Source of the DNA: Welwitschia mirabilis
Taxonomy: Eukaryota
Direction: 5' to 3'
NCBI GenBank assembly: GCA_051453625.1
Contig: JBOZIK010000001.1
Span: 21,804,157-21,865,755 of the forward strand
DNA: 61,599 bases
The translations under genes were made by a program, and so were the position numbers. The notes under the pieces were generated by a model that was not told the DNA's origin, searched no databases, and was given only the letters and a program-made list of their open reading frames with translations. Below are positions 53,131 to 61,599 of the stretch, piece by piece (positions within the stretch are counted from its first letter, which is position 1; every line of letters begins with the position of its first letter).

Positions 53131-54729
53131 ATACAAATGCTTTGACAAAGCATTAGCTAGCTGGTTTACCCACCGAAATCTTTGTTATATGCTCTGCCAG
53201 AGCATTAGCTAGTTGGTATATCCACCAAAATCTTTGTTATAAGAACACTTTTTCAAGTTATAGAGAGACTTGAGCATTCGTAACAGTCCAATGGAGTTAC
53301 AAACCTTTAAATTGCATGATTTCATAAGCCATCTTATACATATACTTGTCTATTGATTTTTAATGAATTTGTGAGTACTTAAAAATGTAGAATAGTTCAT
53401 CATGATTTTACTGTATTGCACCTACATTTTTTTCCCTTCTAGTATTCTTCTTAATCTATATGTTTTGTGCCACATCATATCAATTATAAGATGGTTAATG
53501 GCCTATCTAATTTGGCTAATCAATTTGCCTAAGCAATTACTTAGTTGATGTCCCTTGTATTTTTAGCCAATTGTTTGCTCTTAGTTGGTCCTGTACAATA
53601 ATCGCACTTAGGCACTTGGTTGCTCAAGGCATGGCTAGGCATTGTTTTTCAAGTCTGTAGACTTTTAGACTAATAGAAATTATTGTCAGTATTTGAAACC
53701 CTAATTATCAAACTACAAACATCTCATCCACCTCATTTTTAGTTATTTTTTCATCTTTCTTTCATCTCAAACATTCTTAGCATTGTCATCTCTAGTACTT
53801 TGCTTTAGCATGTGTAGTTAGAATGCTAATTGTATAGACTAATAAAGTGGATGGACTAGTGTGATATATTTTTTTACCTTATTTGAATAATATAGTGGAT
53901 ATATTTTTGTAAACATTGCATTCTTGTTTTTATTTATACATATTTTTCTTAAAATATTACCTTAAGGTGAGCTTTATTGTATTTGTACAAGCTACACCAT
54001 AGACAAATACATTGTTGTTGGATATGCATTTGCACATTTAATAACATCTTGTGAGATATGTTTTGTGCTTCTTCTTTTTCATTTCAACATTCATGATGAT
54101 AGTGGAGTAGAAAATAAAGTCTTGTGATTACTTTTGTGCTTAGTTTTATGCCCCCACTTATTTAATGGTGCACTTATATTTAAGGATTTAATTAAAGTCG
54201 ATACCAAGAGTTTGAATCAATTTGTTTTTTAACTCATCCATATGAATTCCTTTCATAAGTGCAAAATTTTGATGGGGGCACTTTTCTTCAATTCTTTATA
54301 AGAAACTATCACAATCAAAGGGTAAGATTGTTGTAAGATTTTGTATGTTGGATTCACTTATGATGAGTGATTCTTATTCAATGTCATGTGGGTCATGTTT
54401 GAAGTCTTGCAATTGAAGTCTTGTAAAAGATTACAGATCATGATTTATTAGTTTTGGAAATTTTGAGCCTAATTGGTTAGTGGGATACCCACTCATCTTC
54501 CCAGAGCAATCTCCCTCATGTTAGAATAAATTTCAAGGTTACAAGTCAAAATGCTTGTCAATCAACCCCCTAACTTGGTTGACCACTTGCTCTTCTCTTG
54601 ACTTTGGACAATAAGGATTTAATATAGGGTGAGAGGTCTTTGTAGTTATAAACTTGAAAGCACAATTTGAATATTAAAACTAAACAATATCGCATTACTG
54701 AACATCCTTAGTCAGTGTAATGCAAATCA

Positions 54730-55848
54730 TGTTAGTATCGAAAGGCACCCTAGAGGTGGGTTGATAGGGTGTTTATTAAAAATTAACTATTTATCTCACA
54801 TGAGTAACTAAATTTGAATCTTGCTTAAGTGAATGAATCAGAATAAATGAAAAACCAAAAGCAAGTGGAAGAAATAAACAAGTAGAAAGTGTGCACTAGA
54901 GATTTATAGTGGTTTAGTAATCCCTGCCTACTCCACTCTCATAGGGAAGCAACATGCTCTTAGCCTCCTGGTTTTCTTAAAACACCTTTCGTCAAAGGAA
55001 GTTTACAACACCCTTCACTGGAGGTCACTTACAACACCCTTCTCTCAAGAGTCAGCTTGCACAATCCAATGAGCACTCACAAGGAATGAATCAAATAGAA
55101 GGTCTGATGATTTGTATGCCTTTCATGCACAATACACCAGCATGTAATACAACAATCTCTGAATGGGATGATGCAACATAGGAGCAAAGAGAGAGAAAAG
55201 AAGCTTTCTTTTTCAGATAGATTATACACAAGTTAGTTCTACATCACTATAATTCCAATCACCACATTTTATATAAGGACAAGAATGTAGCTATTGACTT
55301 CTATCTTGAAAAGCGAGATGCATAGGAAAGGGCATTGCAGACCAATAGGTAGCCTTTTTTTATTGGAAAAACGCAATGGGCAGGCTAATGGATATGTAGT
55401 TCCGCTTCCATGTTTGTCTGGTCAGACATCCCACATTAGGCCGAACGTCCCACATTTTTAATGTGGGAAGTACTCGGACATTCCCTGTTGAGGGTCAGAC
55501 GTCCTATCTACTTTTCAACAATCTTCCATAAAATCCTGAATGTCCCACTCAGAAATCTGGGATGTCCCACCAAAGATCCTAGATGGAAGTTGGGACGTCC
55601 ACCAAAGATCTCGGATGTCCCCAGTCTTATTCAGCCTGTTTCTATGACTAAGAAATCTCAGACATCCTATAGAAAATCTGGATGTCACCATAATTTGGAC
55701 GTGGAATTTGACTTGACGAAACTTTGATTCCTTTGATGAGTGGATTATGAGACATAGCAAGAATCTTCACTTTCAACTTTGATCTTGTGAGCTGATTAGA
55801 CACTTTATCTTGTTCATCATTGAAACTCCCCATTTATTTGCTCTAACA
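54730..55848 (-). mobile_element. Copia (Sirevirus-like) solo LTR, 1119 bp
   Basis: Inverted termini TGTTAG...CTAACA; TSD AATCA / AGTCA; CTAGAGGTGGGTTGATAGG near one end; minus-strand TATA (plus-strand TTTTATATAAG, ~55267); internal GGACGTCC-like motif cluster at 55422-55703. Confidence 0.82.
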
Positions 55849-56443
55849 AGTCAACCCTTAACTATAAATGCAGTAACACATTAGAAGAGATAATGGGAGA
55901 GCTAAGCTCTATCATGAAATCAATTAGCTAGTCTCTTTCTCATACTTCAATAGTTACACTTTCTTTTAATCCTATTATAGCCTCTTGCAACTACAAATTA
56001 TATCTTAGATATTGTTGTTGCACTTCTCAAATGAAGAATTAGCACTCTAAGCATATATATCCTATTTCTTCATGTTGCTCTCGACTTTTGTTGCTTTGCC
56101 TAAATCAATCAACTATTTTCAATCCAATAATTGTTAACCAAAAAAGCGAGCTCAAGATTGTTTATACCAATTGCTTACAAAGGGAGAAGGTTTGATTTTG
56201 AGGGAGAAGATGCTCATTTGTATCAAGAGGGCTCCCACGGACAACTGACTCTACATTAGATTAGGAAATCAAATAGGAGGAAGAAGCAGAAATTTTATTG
56301 ATGTCTCAAACCTCAAGAAAATTTTAAGCTCTAGCTCTAAGAGGAGAAGAGGATGAAAAGGAAGAGTTTCTTGCAATGTTTGGATTTTTATTCTTCTATG
56401 TTCTTTTCTTTTTCCTCTTTTCTCCTCCCTCTTCTCCCAACAC

Positions 56444-56849
56444 CGACTGCAGAGATTGTAGGAGTAAAAGAGAAGTAGGTGAAGTACTGCACTCTATTAG
56501 TCTAATAGAGATAATGAAGGGAAAACGAACCAAAAGATCAAGCAAAATGTGGAGGAAGAGGACAGGATTTGAGAGAAGGAATGGAAAGCCACCTTTAAAC
56601 CTAGGCATGAAAGCAAGGGCCAAATAAAACGAAGCAGAAAGAGCCACGACTGCAAAGATTGTAGCAGTAAAAGAGAAGCAGGTGAAGTCCTACACTCTAT
56701 TAGTCTAATAGAGATAATGAAGAGAAAACGAATCAAAAGATCAAGCAAAATGTGGAGGAAGAGGACAGGGTTTGAGAAAAAGAATGGAAAGACACCTTTA
56801 AACCTAGGCATGAAAGCAAGGGCCAAATAAAACCAAGAAGAAAGAGCCA
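56444..56849. repeat. Tandem duplication, 2 x 203 bp, few substitutions
   Basis: Units start at CGACT 56444 and 56647; a third CGACT at 56850 marks the end. Confidence 0.95.
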
Positions 56850-57559
56850 CGACTTTAAAGTTACCTCAGAGCTTAGTCTAAAGAGGATGAATGTGAAAAG
56901 ATAGCCTACAAATTGGAAGCTATGAGGACTTGCTCTCCAATGTAAGGTCATTCAACTTCCATCCCTAGGGCAGGGATCATGGAAGGATACAAAGAACTTC
57001 CATGCCTAGGGCAGGGGACTAGTGAACAATGCAAAGAGAGAAACAAAGAGGGGTTCTGAAAAGATGTCTAAAAGGAAGAGGCATGGAGTTGGGAAGATGT
57101 TTGAGGCCAAAACAAAAGAATATTTGTAAAGAAAGTTTGTCTCCCATGCATAGGAGATGGAAGATATGAGGAAGAGCATAGGGAAAGAGGTTAGAAGTGA
57201 AAACGTGAGATAAGGGAAATTAAACAAATATAGGGACTTGCAATATCTCAATAAGAGTGGGAAGAATAATGGGAAATACCAAAGAGAGGATTCCACGTCC
57301 ATGATGTAGAAGAGAGGCCCACGAAGGTGATTTCCATGCCCAATGCATGGATGTGGAAAAGAAAGATGGAACAAGTGTGAAGCATTACATTAGAAAGATA
57401 GAGCAAGGTTACCAAAAGGATAAAAGTTTGGGACATGCTAAAGAAGGTCCAAGGATGCTAAAGGAAAAAGTGAAGGAAGTGAGTGAGAGTCTACACAGGA
57501 TGAATTTAATTCCTAAGGCGTGGAAGAGCTAGTATGGTATTTCAAGGAAGGATTATTAG

Positions 57560-57611
57560 ATCAAGGACAGGTAAAAAGGGGTTCCATCAAGGACAGGTAA
57601 AAAGGGGTTCC
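57560..57611. repeat. Perfect tandem duplication, 2 x 26 bp
   Basis: ATCAAGGACAGGTAAAAAGGGGTTCC twice. Confidence 0.95.
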
Positions 57612-60116
57612 ATTGAGAAAGGGGTGCCACTTCCATTCCTAGGGGTGGAAGTCAATAGGGAAGGTTACGTTGGCCGAGTGGGAGCAAAGGATTGAAAGAG
57701 GAGACAATGGGAGAATGGGCAAAAGAAAGGACTGCTTGGGTCAAATGCAAGAATAAAGCGAGGTCCCCTTTCGATCGGTATCATGGTAGGTACCAAAACT
57801 TATCCAGTGCACCTTAAAACCCAATAGTGTACGACATGAAATCATTATAAATGCTTGGGGTTGCATCACATGCATTAATAGTCTTTAGCAAGTCTTGCAC
57901 TAAGAAGGAGATGAGACACAAGACCTATCATTAAACTTTCTATTTCCTTCTGTTTCTAAAAGTGAAGATAGAGTAACAATATTCAATTCAAATTACTCGT
58001 ATTAGCAACTTCTTTAGCATTACAAATTTGCTCCATTATTTATATTAGTGTATAAGGTTGGAGAGTCGTTAATAGGGGTTGACAATGGAGACCCACCATT
58101 GCCCATCATCATAAATGGGAAATAAAACTGAACCACCACTGCATGGAATGCTTTCTCTCTTCTATAACATGGATATGTGGTATGCATTTTTATCATTTGA
58201 CAACAATAAATTGCCAACTATTTATAGGAGATTCCTCGTAAAATGCCATGGTATTGTGATGATAGGTTGCACAATGATTATTCTAAAGGGTTAACGAATA
58301 ATCAACCTTGGTGACTTTGCAAACTTCACATTGATGTCTTCACAAATACTGTTTTGGTTTTCATAATGTTAAAAATAAGCAACCTTACTTAACAACACTC
58401 AAAATATTTCCCTTCATAGTGCTATTATGTCTTACAATATTAAAATGAATTTTTTGTGTGAATCACATGTAAAACCTAGACATTTGGTGGCCAGCTCCAA
58501 AGGTGGCAGGGGCCACAAATCAATAACCCTAGCAAATGTGGTAGTCTCCCCACAAATCAAATTTTGTAAAAACGGAAAAAGTAAAACAGACACATAAATG
58601 TTATCGACATGTCATGCAGCATAACATTAATAACGTTATAATTCATAGCATAAAAAGCCAACTAGTTTCAAAAAGGCAGATAAATAAATATTAGGTGTAA
58701 ATGTTAACTTGGTATTAATAATTCATGACTCAATCACAGAACTAATTATAATGCATGACATAATTTAATCAGTTATCTGCAAATGATAACACAGCACTTG
58801 ATCTGACATTTACAACCAACAACGAAGCAAGAACACAGTTAACAATGAATCTAGAAAAGCTCTACCTCACTAAAAGCATTCGTGAAAGAACAGACTAGAA
58901 ATAAATGGATCCTTGGTTTTTAATTGAAATTTGTATTTGAGGATGGTATCAGACACAGGAATAAAAATGACAAACTTATAATAAAAAGGAATTACATTGC
59001 TGCCTTGTTGGGGGGGAAAAAAGAAATTAACAATGATTATGGAATAAATTTCAAATTCAAAGAAATTGAAAATCCTCCTGTGTTCATGGAAGATATCAAT
59101 ATTACAGTAATGCTAACTCTTCAAGAAAGTGGAATGGACAATGAAAACAAAGAATCTAAGCTGAGTGATTAACCACACAAAAAGTTGATCAATCGTAGCA
59201 CACTAAGTGCCTAATTTCTGATTCAGATCATTCAATAACCAATACCTTATTCTTTGTAGCATCTTCAAATCTACTGCAAAAGCAACTATTTGGTCAATAA
59301 TAAGGTGGAGGAGCTTTTCTTGATGAAGGATGATGTAAAATATACATTTTGCATCTGCATTGTTATTTCCAAGGCTCCAATTCAAGCATCCCTCCAATAA
59401 TTTTTATTTGCGAATCATATATCTTAGGCAACTATTAAAGCAAATATTCTGAATGTGCCTTCAGAAATATAATCACCAGAAGGTGATATATGTTTTCTGG
59501 TTCTCTGGTCGAGTCAAAGAGAGTACAAAACCCTAATTTCAGTCAAGAAATTTATTAAACTTATAATTGCTATTTGTTGAATCGCAAGCAAGGTGGGCCA
59601 TATGAGTCCACACCAAACTCGCTCAACACTACATAGAAGATTTGTATTGTATAAGATGTCACAGAAAATGTATAAATTGTTACTCCACAGAGTGAGATAT
59701 GTAATAAGATAAATTCAATGCATAAGGTAATCCCATCCAATGGGAAAAATGTCATAGTGCTCTAAGCTCTAAGCAATGTCTACAACGCTTTCTACAATTT
59801 ATACAAAATTTCTTGCTCTATCATTTTCGGAAAGAGGACTTGAATAATAATGGGAATTTCTCTTTTTTGTACAAATAAGACACAAAACCATGATATCAAA
59901 ACCTGGCCATGAACATGCCTTGTATGTTACAACATTCATTAATATTTTCTTGCCAGGTTTCGTTGTTCTCCTCCTCGTCATCTTATCATTATCATAGCCA
60001 TGCCCTATCTTCTTCAGGCTGGCTCTGTGGGTTCAGTTTTGCAAAGCAGTTGTATGATACTCTTGTTAACATGTTTCATGTATACAACAAAGCAACCTTT
60101 AGTTGAAGAAATTCTT

Positions 60117-60280
60117 CTAGATCATGTGTCTCTGTGAATGTGAAGATCCTAAATTTCCTTCACAGTATCCGGACCAACATTTGCAGTACATCACATTATT
60201 AGCATAGATTCTAGGGTCAGTAGCTGGTACAAGCATTGAAAGGAAACCTACTATTCCAACAAGATATATAATGATGGTTG
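60117..60280 (-). CDS. RCE1: Terminal coding exon of a probable CAAX prenyl protease 2 (RCE1/FACE2); upstream exons outside the window
   Basis: Strong acceptor CTTTTTTCCTTTTGCAG| at 60281. After 2 nt the frame reads TIIIYLVGIVGFLSMLVPATDPRIYANNVMYCKCWSGYCEGNLGSSHSQRHMI*. This matches my recollection of the plant FACE2 C-terminus (last TM helix, PLT.P..Y, CxCWxGYC). Confidence 0.8.
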
Positions 60281-61561
60281 CTGCAAAAGGAAAAAAGAAG
60301 ATAAATGCAATAAGTGATCAAAAATTCTAAGTGAAGTAAACCAGGAAAGCCATCTTGTTGAGGGTGAATCACAAAATACAATTCCAAAGAAAAACATAAG
60401 TATTACACAAGTTCATTCCTGATCCATGATGCTCAGTATTTTGAATTGCAAATTAAAAGAATGAAACAAATACCTGAATATCTTACATTTTGACAATGAC
60501 ATGTCATATTTTACCTCATTATCTGGAAAAATGTTAGAAAAAATATAGAAGTAGTTTTTTCTACACTGTATGGAAAGAAAACCAAATACTATGCTACTGA
60601 AACACCTCAAAATGCACTTTTTTTCCATTGCACACCCTACAGAACCAAACAAGGCAAGTGCCTATTCCATCATTTGGGAGCGTAGTCACACTAGTATTTA
60701 TGGATTTGTACTAGCTTGCCTACTTTGTGCATTGATTCTCAAAGCCTTAGTACTTACATATGCTTTTCAATGCATATTGTGATGCTATGAACATTGGAGG
60801 ATGTTGTATTCGAAACATTTAGTGACCATACTTCCCCTAGAAGTACAACCACCACAACTTTGCAAACAAATGATTTCATTTCACCTGGGGCCTTATAGTG
60901 TGTCGAAAAGTGCATCCAAAGATTCAAGCCCATGAACTCCTAAATGGAGAACAAGCGTCCCACTACTTGGAGTAACATCCTATTTGCTGATGCTATGAAT
61001 ATTGACAAAAGATCCAAGCATTTCTCCTTATTTGGTTGTTAATCTAACCGTTTAGATTCATAACCAATGTTCCATGCAACATAGTTGGAAACTTTCCAGT
61101 CCAAGCAACAAAAAGAAGAAGAAGAAGAAGAAGAGAGAGGAAAGGCCCTTTAGAGCATTTGTGTTGTTGTGGGATGCACCTTCAAATAGGAAATCAGGTG
61201 CTTGAGGTCTTATAACCTAACCCTAATAGATCTCTTCATTTCATTGAAAGCAAACTTTATAAAAATTGTTATTATTTTTTATCACTCTTCTTAATCTATC
61301 TTCTATTATATTGATCTCACACATTCTAAATAGCTTAATTACAAAGGACACAACTTTTGATCCATGACTATTTACTAACCTCACTGGTTACCTCTACCTA
61401 GTGTAGCATGGCTCGCAATGACTTGACAAGTCACTCATGAGTCATTGGCTTTGACTTGCTGACTCAAAGTCCTCCTTTTATTTCAAGTCTCTAACTTAAC
61501 AAGAGACTCATAAAGGCAATTCAATTTTTTCGATTCATCTTGCACAACAATAAGAGAAAAC

Positions 61562-61599
<38 letters not shown>
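61562..61599. repeat. (TAT)n microsatellite running off the window end
   Basis: Read directly. Confidence 0.97.

Larger units (their letters stand above)
56296..57836 (-). mobile_element. LTR-like fragment related to the Tat-like LTR family, in reverse orientation (left end uncertain)
   Basis: The minus strand starts TGTCGTACAC..TACCGATCGAAAGGGGACC (cf. TGTTATGCAC..TACCGAAGGGACC). It shares TTCCATGCCTAG motifs and shows the mirrored purine/pyrimidine bias. Confidence 0.55.

Noticed and set aside
53490..53680. Possible hAT-like subterminal repeats (gcctaag/cttaggc)
   Set aside because: No TIR pair, TSD or transposase could be identified.
54519..56180. Possible older copia LTR hosting the Sirevirus-like solo LTR (starts TGTTAGAAT)
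   Set aside because: No matching CA end or TSD found.
58510..58560. 15-bp match AGCAAATGTGGTAGT to the 36-bp minisatellite at ~28104
   Set aside because: Short isolated match with no extended homology; could be chance.
59240..59285. Possible 28-nt minus-strand micro-exon (TTTGCAG|...AAG|GTATTG) downstream of the RCE1 stop
   Set aside because: Splice-like signals only, with no recognisable peptide; needs RNA-seq.

Overview
Eukaryotic, very AT-rich, gapped (N-containing) plant genomic DNA, probably from a gymnosperm (inferred only from the Tat-like protease style). About 57 kb is a graveyard of ancient, nested, heavily C>T/G>A-eroded retrotransposons. It holds an Athila-like Ty3/gypsy pol followed by an extra ORF, several Athila-type LTRs and solo LTRs with recognisable TSDs, three copies of a gag-protease Athila-like region with no RT behind it, a gag-protease-only Tat-like element with ~2.4-2.5 kb LTRs that splits an L1 LINE, a second L1 split by a degenerate Ty1/copia, and a Sirevirus-like solo LTR. 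The only host gene seen is the terminal coding exon of a probable RCE1/FACE2 CAAX prenyl protease (minus strand, 60117-60280), which the ORF track missed; its upstream exons lie beyond the window. None of the supplied ORFs is a credible intact gene. Boundaries without a TG/CA end or TSD are approximate, and all homologies were judged by eye.
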